From positions 1-34,979 of the forward strand of contig BEHZ01000001.1 in assembly GCA_002923335.1 (NCBI GenBank): a stretch of 34,979 nt of DNA, written 5' to 3'. The translations under genes and the position numbers were made by a program. Positions 25,007 through 32,862 of this stretch are shown piece after piece; position 1 is the stretch's first letter, and every line of letters starts with the position of its first letter. The DNA is from a bacterium HR23 (lineage in GTDB: Bacteria > Chloroflexota > Dehalococcoidia > Lucifugimonadales > HRBIN23). Under the pieces are notes generated by a model. That model did no database searches and was not told the origin of the DNA. It saw nothing but the letters and a program-made list of their open reading frames with translations.

Positions 25007-25933
25007 CCAGAGCCCCCCTGCCACCAGAAGGGGCTTGTCGGTGAAGAGCACCTCCTCTGGGGCCTCCCCCAGGTTGCGGACGTGCACCAGATACAGATAG
25101 CGGAAGAGGCCGAAGAGGACAAAGGGGATGGTGAGCATCATGGCGTGGTTGCGGGGGACATTGGGGGCGGTGAAGGTGTAAAGGGTGTAGGCAATGAGGG
25201 TAGAGGGGGCCACCACCGCCAGGAGTTGGTCCAGCAGGGGGAGGGTGTATTCCCCCAGCACGGGACGCTGCGCGGAGGCGGAGCCCCCCGCCAGGGCCAG
25301 TTCGTTGCGCCGTTTCCCCAGACCGATGAGCAGGGCACCCAGCCCCGTTACCACATACAGCCACGGCGATATGGGAGCCTCCACGGCCACGGCCCCCGCC
25401 ACCGCCCGCAGGATATACCCCACACTCAGCGCCAGCACATCCAGGATGACCAGGCGTTTCAGAACGAAGGTATAGGCGGAGGTGGAGGCCAGGTAGAGGA
25501 GGGCTACCCCGCCGAACCACACCCCCAGGGCGAAGGAGCCGGCTAGCCCTAGAGCAGTCAGCACCAGCACCACCCCATACGCTACCCCCACGGGCAGGGC
25601 ACCCGAGGCGATGGGACGGGAGCGCTTCCGGGGGTGCAAGCGGTCCCGGGGGGCATCCACCGCATCGTTCACCAGGTAGACGGCCGAGGAGAGGAGGCAG
25701 AAGAGGAGAAAGGCCAGAAACGCCCTCCCCAGCAAGAGGCCTGCCTCCCCGGGGGCGGAGGGGGTCCACCGCTCGTGAACGCTGAAGGCCAAGGGGAGGA
25801 AGACCAGGATGTTCTTGGCCCACTGCTTGGGGCGCAAGGACCGCACCAGCGCCCGCGCCACGGCCCCCACCCCCCGCCCAGGGGCGGACGGTAAAAGGGC
25901 ATCGGCCGAGAGATGCGTATCCCCGGTGCGCAT
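24968..25933 (-). CDS. UbiA-family prenyltransferase, decaprenyl-phosphate phosphoribosyltransferase-like
   Basis: Contains LRPKQWAKNILVFLPL and the Asp-rich motif YLVNDAVDAPRDRLHPRKRSRPIASG; polytopic. Its 3' end overlaps the convergent VanZ gene by 39 nt. Confidence 0.75.
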   Translation of the reverse strand: MRTGDTHLSADALLPSAPGRGVGAVARALVRSLRPKQWAKNILVFLPLAFSVHERWTPSAPGEAGLLLGRAFLAFLLFCLLSSAVYLVNDAVDAPRDRLHPRKRSRPIASGALPVGVAYGVVLVLTALGLAGSFALGVWFGGVALLYLASTSAYTFVLKRLVILDVLALSVGYILRAVAGAVAVEAPISPWLYVVTGLGALLIGLGKRRNELALAGGSASAQRPVLGEYTLPLLDQLLAVVAPSTLIAYTLYTFTAPNVPRNHAMMLTIPFVLFGLFRYLYLVHVRNLGEAPEEVLFTDKPLLVAGGLWLATAVVVLLLLR

Positions 25934-25954
25934 AGCCCCTCCCCTGGGGGCACT

Positions 25955-26560
25955 TTAGGGCAAGGGGATAGGGCTGTCAAGCGGGGCGCTGTTCTTCCGG
26001 GCAGGGGTTGCCCCTGTCCGCCTTCGGGCGAAGGCCAGGGGCTTCAGGGGCTTAGGGACGCCGTTCTCCGGACGCACCAGGCTCTTGGTCAGCCACACAT
26101 GGCTGGTGGGCCGACGGAACCCGTTCTTTCGGAAGAAGGCCAGGGCCTTGGCGTTGTCCCCCTCGGTGTCTACGATGAGCATTCGCACCCCCTCCTCCTT
26201 CATCCGCTTCTCAAACTCGTGGAGGAGGCGTTGGGCGACGCCCAAGCCCTGGAACTCCTCCTTGACCCCCAGCCACGCCAGGTAGCCGTAGCGCCAAGAG
26301 GAGCCCTCTTTCTCCACCGTGCTCCCTAGGGCAAACCCCACGATGTTCCCCCTGCCGTCCTCGGCCACCAGGCAGAACTCCGGGTCGGTGGTGAAGGCGG
26401 AGGTTACCTCGTAGGGGTCCCAGGTGCGGTAAAGGGCAGGAAGAGCGGTGCGGGTGAAGAGGCTTTCCCCCAGATGGTAAACAGGTGCCAGGTCATCTAT
26501 CTCCATCTCACGGATGGAGATGCGCGGCCGGGATAAGTTGTCCTCTCGTCTTGAGGGCAT
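25955..26560 (-). CDS. GNAT family N-acetyltransferase
   Basis: Acetyl-CoA binding pattern LGVKEEFQGLGVAQRLLHEFEKRM plus NAKALAFFRKNGF. Confidence 0.8.
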   Translation of the reverse strand: MPSRREDNLSRPRISIREMEIDDLAPVYHLGESLFTRTALPALYRTWDPYEVTSAFTTDPEFCLVAEDGRGNIVGFALGSTVEKEGSSWRYGYLAWLGVKEEFQGLGVAQRLLHEFEKRMKEEGVRMLIVDTEGDNAKALAFFRKNGFRRPTSHVWLTKSLVRPENGVPKPLKPLAFARRRTGATPARKNSAPLDSPIPLP

Positions 26561-26614
26561 AGGTTATAAGGGTTTCCCTCCTATGGGCGCGTTCGCAGTG
26601 GTGCCCACAGCCTA

Positions 26615-26623
26615 ATTATACCA
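26615..26623 (-). promoter_or_regulatory. Candidate extended -10 promoter TGGTATAAT upstream of the GNAT gene
   Basis: The minus strand reads GGTGTGGTATAAT about 55 nt upstream of the GNAT ATG. It shares the GTGTGGTAT core with the site upstream of ttuB. Confidence 0.4.
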
Positions 26624-26628
26624 CACCA

Positions 26629-26644
26629 GCGCCCCATAGGGCGC
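26629..26644 (-). terminator. Hairpin GCGCCC-N4-GGGCGC, 4 nt after the last gene of the copper operon
   Basis: Perfect 6-bp GC stem with a 4-nt loop, read directly. The U-tract is weak. Confidence 0.4.
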
Positions 26645-26647
26645 CTA

Positions 26648-27160
26648 CTACCTGGCGGTTCCCCAGCGGAGGATGCGCTCTGGCACACCCGCCAGGCCTT
26701 TGATGACCAGGGCCAGTTCGCCACGCCCCGTAAGGCCCTTCTCCCCAGGATAGGCAAAGACGAGAACGCCCTCCCGATGGTGTGCAGACTCCTGGAGAGG
26801 CACCCACGCCGTGGACGGAAGCCTCCCCTGGGTATCCCATTGAAGGGCGCTCAGGGCGACCAGGTTATACCGACCCAGGTCAACGCTGTGGGTGTCCACC
26901 TTCACGTGAAAGAGCAGGTATTCCCCCAAGGGGAACTTCTCCAGGGCCGGCTTGCCCATTGCCCGCAGGTGTTCGGGGGTAACCAGCGTCGCCTCGACGG
27001 TAACACCGCCCTGGGCCCTATCGGTTCGGGTCAGCAGGGCAGTATCCCCCTCTGCGGGCGTGGCAGGGGTGAACAAACCAGGGGTTGGTGTCGCCTTGCG
27101 TTGGAAGGCACAGCCCCCGACAACGAGCAGGAGGAAGACTACCGGCAGGAGACGCCCCAA
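26648..27160 (-). CDS. Hypothetical lipoprotein (last gene of the copper locus)
   Basis: Signal peptide with lipobox LLVVGGC, then a roughly 150-aa soluble domain with VKVDTHSVDL and ESAHHREG. It has a TTG start with no well-spaced SD, 14 nt after the upstream stop. Confidence 0.5.
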   Translation of the reverse strand: MGRLLPVVFLLLVVGGCAFQRKATPTPGLFTPATPAEGDTALLTRTDRAQGGVTVEATLVTPEHLRAMGKPALEKFPLGEYLLFHVKVDTHSVDLGRYNLVALSALQWDTQGRLPSTAWVPLQESAHHREGVLVFAYPGEKGLTGRGELALVIKGLAGVPERILRWGTAR

Positions 27161-27174
27161 GGGTAGGAACGTAT

Positions 27175-27726
27175 CTACCCCTCCTTGGGGAGGGGCCTGG
27201 CGGCCACCCTGTCAGAGACCGGCAGGTGCCGTCGCCCCTGATGCACCAGGCGGAGCATGAGAACCACCCCTATAATGTTTACAGCGATGCCTGCCACCAT
27301 AAGGGGGACACGAAACTGGTTCAAAAAAATGGCGGCCCCCGAGAGGCCCATCAGGGGGAGCACATCTGTAATATGGTGGGCACAGCATGCCACCATAGCC
27401 ACCGACGAGGTCCCCGTGCCTGTGGCGGCCGCCGCCGTAGGGGCGTGGAGGGGCTTGGCACGGGGAATGCCCAGGCGCAGGTAGGTGTAGAGGCCTATCT
27501 GGACGCCAAAACCGGTGGCGATCGCAGCCACGAAATACCAGTCCTGCCCCAGGAGAGTCAAGGCGTGGCGCAGGCCCTGGGCCCACGAAACGACACCTAT
27601 GTAAAGGAGGATGAGGAGGCCAGCACTGGCCACGCCCGAAGAAAACCCCAGAAGGAGCCTGCGACGGCTCACCTTTGTTTGTAGCGCGTTGGCCGCCTCG
27701 TTGTGGCATACCATTCGCCGTTCCAT
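27175..27726 (-). CDS. Four-TM membrane protein with an intramembrane CCAHH motif
   Basis: 183 aa with an ATG start. The N-terminus contains SRRRLLLGFSSGVASAG, and predicted TM3 contains VAMVACCAHHITDVLP. No family name was recognised. Confidence 0.5.
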   Translation of the reverse strand: MERRMVCHNEAANALQTKVSRRRLLLGFSSGVASAGLLILLYIGVVSWAQGLRHALTLLGQDWYFVAAIATGFGVQIGLYTYLRLGIPRAKPLHAPTAAAATGTGTSSVAMVACCAHHITDVLPLMGLSGAAIFLNQFRVPLMVAGIAVNIIGVVLMLRLVHQGRRHLPVSDRVAARPLPKEG

Positions 27727-27783
27727 CCGACCCCCTTCTGACGCAATGGTATTGCGCTGTCAACACCCTAACGGTGAAGAAAA

Positions 27784-28605
27784 CTACACAGTTGCCAGAA
27801 TAGCCAGGCCTAGAGCCACCACGCCGGCCCCCAGGCCCAATCGCACCCGCTCCCTGTAGTGCAAGTTCCAGTGGGCCAAACGGTTCAAAACAGGACGGGC
27901 CGATGCGGCTACCAGGAGAGCCACTAGGGGAATCACAAAGACAACATTATAGAGCACCAAATATAGGTAAGCGAGAACAAAACTCTGCTGAAGCGCTAGC
28001 ATACTCAGGATAGCCAGATACACAGCGCCACTACACGGCACGGTGCAGAGGCCTACCAGGACACCCAGTCCCAACATAGACATCAGGGATGCACGCCTCC
28101 CCCACCGTTGCACAAGGTTCCCTACCGAGCGGGGTGCGCCAAGCCTGGGACCCCACCCCGGCATGAAGAAGTCTTTCATCATCCATAGCCCCAGAAAGAC
28201 GGCCACTAGCGCCCCCAGTCGGGCCCCTAGATGGTTCTGCGTCAAGGCGGTAGAAACCCGCATAAGCCCTGCCCCTATGCTCAGATAGGTGGCAAAGATG
28301 GCCAGGATAAAGGCACCACCGTAGAGGAAGAGCCTGTCCCGCATAGCCCCCGTCCCACCCACCCCCCCATACAGGGAGGCAACAGTCGCCACAAAAAGGA
28401 GGAGCACCGTGAAGGCGCAGGGGTTGAGGCCGTCCAGCAGCCCTGCCAGCGCTACCGTCGGCAGGGCAACAGGAGCAGAAGACAGCGGCGTTGAAAAGGC
28501 AGAGGTGAAACGGGCCTGGGTCTTCCACCCCCAGGATGCCAGCCCGATCGCCAGCACCAGCACGAAAGGGATGGCTACCCCTACAAGCAAGCGACCGTTG
28601 CGCAC
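27784..28605 (-). CDS. DsbD_2 / CcdA-like thiol-disulfide (or metal) transmembrane protein
   Basis: Polytopic, with two membrane-embedded Cys motifs, LDGLNPCAF and CTVPCSGAVY. GTG at 28605 lies 2 nt after the cupredoxin stop; the start is uncertain and the track begins at 28674. Confidence 0.6.
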   Translation of the reverse strand: MRNGRLLVGVAIPFVLVLAIGLASWGWKTQARFTSAFSTPLSSAPVALPTVALAGLLDGLNPCAFTVLLLFVATVASLYGGVGGTGAMRDRLFLYGGAFILAIFATYLSIGAGLMRVSTALTQNHLGARLGALVAVFLGLWMMKDFFMPGWGPRLGAPRSVGNLVQRWGRRASLMSMLGLGVLVGLCTVPCSGAVYLAILSMLALQQSFVLAYLYLVLYNVVFVIPLVALLVAASARPVLNRLAHWNLHYRERVRLGLGAGVVALGLAILATV

Positions 28606-28607
28606 AC

Positions 28608-29084
28608 CTACCCCCGAACTACGAGGACACCCTGCATAAAGGGGCTCTCCCGCCCGCCACAGCACACATCGCAATAGAACACAAAGGCCCCCGCCTGGGA
28701 AGGTGTAAAGGTGAAGTTTTGTGCCGTGAGGGGAGGGACCTTGATATTGATCCCCAACTCGTCCACCGCGAACTGGTGCCAGCCACCTCCATCGGTATGA
28801 AACTGGTTGTCTTTGTTGACCAGACGCAAGGTCACCGGTTCCCCAGCCCGCACCTCGACGAGCGAGGGGCTAAATCCCCCCATGCTCAGCGAGACTGTTA
28901 CCGTGCCCGGTGCCCCTCGTCCCACCGGCTCGAGGGCTCGCCACAAGAAAAAGGTTGCGGTGGCCAGGATGGCCAGCGTTATCCCTCCAAAGAGCACGAA
29001 GCGCCCCCCTCTTCCCGGCGCCCCGGTGCTTCCTTTCTTCCCCTCGTTTCGCCCTGGCAGGTGCAGTGCAGACCGTAGTGCCAT
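28608..29084 (-). CDS. Membrane-anchored cupredoxin-like domain protein with a Cys-rich C-terminal site
   Basis: ATG at 29084 with AAGGAGG upstream. It has one TM segment and then the beta-sandwich pattern F.PS.VEVRAGEPVTLRLVNKD...H.F.VDELG....V.P....FTFTP...G.F.FYCDVCCGG....M.G.LVV. Confidence 0.65.
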   Translation of the reverse strand: MALRSALHLPGRNEGKKGSTGAPGRGGRFVLFGGITLAILATATFFLWRALEPVGRGAPGTVTVSLSMGGFSPSLVEVRAGEPVTLRLVNKDNQFHTDGGGWHQFAVDELGINIKVPPLTAQNFTFTPSQAGAFVFYCDVCCGGRESPFMQGVLVVRG

Positions 29085-29143
29085 GCCTCTACCCCTCCTT
29101 TGCCCTGCCGGAGGGAGCACACACCCCGGCCCGGGACGGCCTG

Positions 29144-29341
29144 CTAGTGGTGCCCCATAGGCTGGGGACCACCCTTCAGGTATTTCTCGGGGTCCTTTTG
29201 GAAGGAGACCCTGCACCCAGGACTGCAGAAGTAGTAGGTCTTCCCCTGGTAGTCGTAGGTGGCCGCCGCCTTCTTGGGGTCCACCTGCATCCCGCAGACG
29301 GGGTCAACCTCCATCGCCTTCCTGCGCAGGAAGAACGCCAT
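29144..29341 (-). CDS. YHS (TRASH-like) domain metal-binding protein
   Basis: 65 aa containing DPVCGMQV...YYFCSPGC...F..DPEKY and ending in MGHH. SD GGAAGGAGGTGCC directly upstream of the ATG. Confidence 0.8.
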   Translation of the reverse strand: MAFFLRRKAMEVDPVCGMQVDPKKAAATYDYQGKTYYFCSPGCRVSFQKDPEKYLKGGPQPMGHH

Positions 29342-29406
29342 GGCACCTCCTTCCTCTGGCTACCGGGGGGACGTGCCCCCTCGGATAGAGACCGGGTGGT
29401 GGGCGG

Positions 29407-29637
29407 TTAAAAGCCCATCATTCGGCCGTGCATGCCGTCCATCATGCTGTGAGACCCCATCATAGCCAGGCACTGCTCGTGCCCCTGCATCATTTGCACG
29501 CAGGCCTCGTGGCCGGCGGGCTGGCGCAGGCGGGACGCCCACGCTGTAGAGACCGCTCTCCCACCCCACAGGCTCCCCGCCAGAAAGGCGAGGCCCAGCA
29601 GGGCGAGAACAGCCAGCACCAGAAGAGAGCGCTTCAT
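29407..29637 (-). CDS. Secreted Met/His/Cys-rich small protein (putative periplasmic Cu(I) binder)
   Basis: Signal peptide MKRSLLVLAVLALLGLAFLAG, then GHEACVQMMQGHEQCLAMMGSHSMMDGMHGRMMGF. SD GGAAGGAGGTGCC, and the ATG overlaps the upstream TGA. Confidence 0.65.
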   Translation of the reverse strand: MKRSLLVLAVLALLGLAFLAGSLWGGRAVSTAWASRLRQPAGHEACVQMMQGHEQCLAMMGSHSMMDGMHGRMMGF

Positions 29638-29879
29638 AGGGCACCTCCTTCCTTACTGTTGCCCTGGGGAGGGGTGCGCTGGCGAAGCCCCCTCACCCGG
29701 GGGATGACCACCGGCATCAGGATGATGGTGGTGAGCAGGAAGACCCACCCCGCCCCTATGGACCGGCTGGCCCAGGAGGCCTCTCCCTTCCCGGTGGCCA
29801 GGCCGATGAAGGTCAGAGCGGCCGCCAGGGCCAGGCCGAGGTAGATGCAGGCGCCGAGGATTGCAGGGGAAAGGCGCAT
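29634..29879 (-). CDS. Small two-TM hypothetical membrane protein
   Basis: 81 aa with ATG 5 nt after the copA stop and GGGAGG 9 nt upstream. Two hydrophobic segments, and its stop overlaps the next start. No family was recognised. Confidence 0.45.
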   Translation of the reverse strand: MRLSPAILGACIYLGLALAAALTFIGLATGKGEASWASRSIGAGWVFLLTTIILMPVVIPRVRGLRQRTPPQGNSKEGGAL

Positions 29880-29884
29880 GCCCC

Positions 29885-32455
29885 TTACCTCCCGGCGGGG
29901 ACGGGGGCGGGCGCCTCGGGGCGCACCGCCACCGCACCGCCCTTGTAGCGTCGGCGCACCGGGGGCACAAACCCCCGCATGCGTTGGGTGTTCAGGGTAA
30001 CGGAGAGGGAACTGGTGGCCATCAACAGGGCAGCCAGTTCGGGGCTGACCACCTGGCCCAGGAAGGGGTAGAGCAGGCCCATGGCCAGGGGGATGGCCAG
30101 GGTGTTGTAGGCGAAGGCCCAGAAGAGGTTCTGCTTCACCAGGCGCATGGTGGCCCGTGCCACCTGCAGGGCGGAGACCACATCCAGGGGGTCATCCCGC
30201 ACCAGGATGATGTGGCCCGTCTCCTTGGCCACATCGGTGCCGGCGCCCATGGCTATCCCCACATCCGCCTGGGCCAGGGCGGGGGCGTCGTTGATGCCGT
30301 CCCCCACCATAGCCACCCGGTAGCCCTGCTCCTGCAGGCGCTGGATTTCCCGTGCCTTGTCGCCGGGGAGCACCTCGGCCAGCACCCGCTGGATGCCCAG
30401 TTTCTGGGCAATAGCCTGGGCGGTCCGGCGGTTGTCGCCCGTGAGCATGGCCACCTGGATACCCATGCGCTGGAGTTCCCGCACCGCCAGGGGAGCGGTC
30501 TCCCGCAAGGTATCCGCCACAGCGATGACCCCCACCGCCTTCCCATCCACCGCCAGGAACATCACCGTCTTTCCCTCCCCTTCCAGGCGCTCGGCATCGG
30601 CCAGTAAGGGGTCGCAGGCGATGCCCCGCTCGTGCAGGAGCCGGCGGTTGCCCAGGAGGACGACGCGCCCCTCTATACGAGCCTCCACCCCTCGGCCGGG
30701 GAGAGCCTGGAAACCTTCGGGGTCGGGCAGGGCGAGGCCCCTCTCCTGGGCACGGCGCACGATGGCCTCCCCCAGGGGGTGCTCGGAGCGCCGTTCCGCC
30801 GACCCCGCCAGGCGGAGGGCCTCCGCTTCGGCGATTCCGTGGGTTACCACATCGGTAACCTCCGGCACCCCCTTGGTGAGGGTGCCCGTCTTGTCAAACA
30901 CGACCACCTGCACCTTGGTGGCCGACTCCACCGCATCGCCCCCCTTGAAGAGGACGCCGAACTCGGCCCCTTTGCCGGTGCCGGCCATAATGGCAGCCGG
31001 GGTGGCCAACCCTACGGCGCAGGGGCAGGAGATGACCAGCACGGCGATGGAGACCAGCACCGCGAACCCCACGGCGCTGGCCGAGGCCAGGGTGTAGGGG
31101 GTGAGCATCAGACGGCTGGCGGGGGTGAACCACAGGTCGTAGCCGATGAAATACCAGAAGAGGAAGGTGGCCAGGGCCAGGACATGCACCCAGAAGATAA
31201 ACTGCCCCGCCACCGCATCGGCCAGGCGCTGGAGGGGGGGCTTGGAGGTCTGGGCTTCCTCCACCAGGCGGATGATCTGGGCCAGGGCGGTCTCCCGCCC
31301 CACACGGGTCGCCCGGAAGGTGAAGGCGCCTGTCCTGTTCAGGGTGCCCCCTATCACCTCGTCCCCCGGCCTCTTCTCCACCGGGATGCTCTCGCCGGTG
31401 AGCATGGACTGGTCTACTGCCGAGTAGCCCTCCACCACCACGCCGTCCACCGGCACCTGCTCCCCGGGGCGCACCACCAGCAGGTCGCCCGCCTCCACCT
31501 CCTCCACCGGCACCTCCACCTCCTGGCCGTTGCGGAGCACACGGGCACGGCGGGGCTGAAGGCGCATCAGCCGTCGGATGGCCTCGGAGGCACGCCCACG
31601 GGTAACCGCCTCCAGATAGCGCCCCAGGAGGATGAACCAGGTGAGGAGCGCGGCCGCCTCGTAGAAGGTCGCCATGCGCCCCCCGAAGCCGGCCTCGGGC
31701 CAGAAGGTATTGATAACGGCGATGAGATAGGCTGCGCCGATGCCCGTAGCGTAGAGGAGGTTCATATCGGTAACGCCGTGGCGCAGGCCGTTGAAGGAGT
31801 TGACGAAGAACTGCCGTCCCGGGCCCAGCACCATGGGCGTGGTCAGCAGGAAGAGGACCACTTTGTTATGCAGGACCTCGGGGATGATGCGGGAGAGGCC
31901 CCAGTAGGGCTGGAAGGTGCCCAGCATCACCGCCAGGGCCAGGGGGGTGGCCAGGAGGAGGTTCAGCCTCTGCCGACGCATCTCCTTCTGACGGGCCTCC
32001 CGCTCCCGGTCCACCAGGGGCGCCTCCTCCTCGGGGGCAACGGAAAGGCCCAGGGCCTCCAGGGTCTGCCGGAGGTCGGCCAGGGGGGTGAGGTCGGGGG
32101 CGAACTCCACCTGCACCCGCCCCCCCGAGGCGTGCACCTTCACCTGGGCGACGCCGGGGAGGGCCAGCAGGGCCGGGACGATGCGCCCCTCCTCCTGGGG
32201 CGAGAGGGGGTGGGGCAGGCGAAAGCGGGCGGTCTCCAGCACCACCCCGTAGCCTATCTCCTCCACCGCCTGCCTCATGCTGCGGATGCTGGCGGTGGCG
32301 GGGTCGTATTCCAGATAGGCACGGTTGGTGGCCAGGTTGACGGTAACCCGTGCCACACCCGGGACGCCCTGCAGGGCCTCGGTTACGTGGGCGACGCACG
32401 AGGCACAGGTCATCCCCTGGATGGGCAAGGTAGCCTTGCGGTAGGTTCTCGCCAT
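29885..32455 (-). CDS. copA: Copper-translocating P1B-type ATPase
   Basis: N-terminal HMA domain with GMTCASC and a second HMA-like domain lacking CxxC. TM CPC motif ([11 protein letters not shown]), phosphorylation site DKTGTLT, and hinge GDGINDAP. Confidence 0.9.
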   Translation of the reverse strand: MARTYRKATLPIQGMTCASCVAHVTEALQGVPGVARVTVNLATNRAYLEYDPATASIRSMRQAVEEIGYGVVLETARFRLPHPLSPQEEGRIVPALLALPGVAQVKVHASGGRVQVEFAPDLTPLADLRQTLEALGLSVAPEEEAPLVDREREARQKEMRRQRLNLLLATPLALAVMLGTFQPYWGLSRIIPEVLHNKVVLFLLTTPMVLGPGRQFFVNSFNGLRHGVTDMNLLYATGIGAAYLIAVINTFWPEAGFGGRMATFYEAAALLTWFILLGRYLEAVTRGRASEAIRRLMRLQPRRARVLRNGQEVEVPVEEVEAGDLLVVRPGEQVPVDGVVVEGYSAVDQSMLTGESIPVEKRPGDEVIGGTLNRTGAFTFRATRVGRETALAQIIRLVEEAQTSKPPLQRLADAVAGQFIFWVHVLALATFLFWYFIGYDLWFTPASRLMLTPYTLASASAVGFAVLVSIAVLVISCPCAVGLATPAAIMAGTGKGAEFGVLFKGGDAVESATKVQVVVFDKTGTLTKGVPEVTDVVTHGIAEAEALRLAGSAERRSEHPLGEAIVRRAQERGLALPDPEGFQALPGRGVEARIEGRVVLLGNRRLLHERGIACDPLLADAERLEGEGKTVMFLAVDGKAVGVIAVADTLRETAPLAVRELQRMGIQVAMLTGDNRRTAQAIAQKLGIQRVLAEVLPGDKAREIQRLQEQGYRVAMVGDGINDAPALAQADVGIAMGAGTDVAKETGHIILVRDDPLDVVSALQVARATMRLVKQNLFWAFAYNTLAIPLAMGLLYPFLGQVVSPELAALLMATSSLSVTLNTQRMRGFVPPVRRRYKGGAVAVRPEAPAPVPAGR

Positions 32456-32464
32456 CCTGTCCCC

Positions 32465-32734
32465 CTAGGAGCGGTTGGCCAGGGCGTAAATCTCCGACAG
32501 TTCCCTGAGCACCTGCTGGGTGCGGTCGCCCCGAATCCCCTCCACCACACAGGTCTTGAGGTGGCCGTCCAGGATGACCTGCTCAATCTTGTCCAGCGCC
32601 CGCTGGACGGCGAAGACCTGTTTGAGAACATCCACGCAGTAGGCGTCCTGCTCCACCATACGGCGCACGCCCTCCAGGTGCCCCTGAACGGACGCCAGCC
32701 GCTTGAGCACCTCCTCCCGCACTTCGGCCAGCAT
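32465..32734 (-). CDS. csoR: CsoR-family copper-sensing transcriptional repressor
   Basis: 89 aa with RL.S..GHL.GV.RMVE....C.DVL.Q..AV..AL and the C-H-C ligand set (YC...GH..TC). It lies 9 nt upstream of copA. Confidence 0.85.
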   Translation of the reverse strand: MLAEVREEVLKRLASVQGHLEGVRRMVEQDAYCVDVLKQVFAVQRALDKIEQVILDGHLKTCVVEGIRGDRTQQVLRELSEIYALANRS

Positions 32735-32776
32735 GCTGTCCCTCCCCTCCCCCCTGGGTGGGGGTCTTCTGAAATC

Positions 32777-32805
32777 AGAATAGCGCTATCCCCATGGGGT
32801 GTCAA
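32777..32805 (-). promoter_or_regulatory. Promoter of the csoR-copA operon (TTGACA - 17 nt - TATTCT) with an embedded CCCCATGGGG palindrome (candidate CsoR operator)
   Basis: The minus strand reads TTGACA CCCCATGGGGATAGCGC TATTCT. The 10-bp perfect palindrome (32790-32799) directly abuts the -35 hexamer. Confidence 0.55.
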
Positions 32806-32862
32806 GGGGGAGGCACCCCGACAGGGGACAAGGGCGGAAGGCCCCTTCGGGGGAGCGCCGGC

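Noticed and set aside
27727-27783. TTGACA plus hairpin GCGCAAT-ACC-ATTGCGT upstream of the CCAHH gene, considered as an internal promoter or attenuator
   Set aside because: No matching -10 hexamer lies at the correct spacing, and the hairpin lacks a U-tract. It is noted only as a possible intra-operon structure.
29342-29406. Hairpin GGGGG-CACGT-CCCCC between the Met-rich gene and the YHS gene, considered as an internal terminator
   Set aside because: It has only a 5-bp stem and no U-tract, and a strong SD for the next gene follows. It is more likely an incidental GC-rich structure or a mild processing or stability element.
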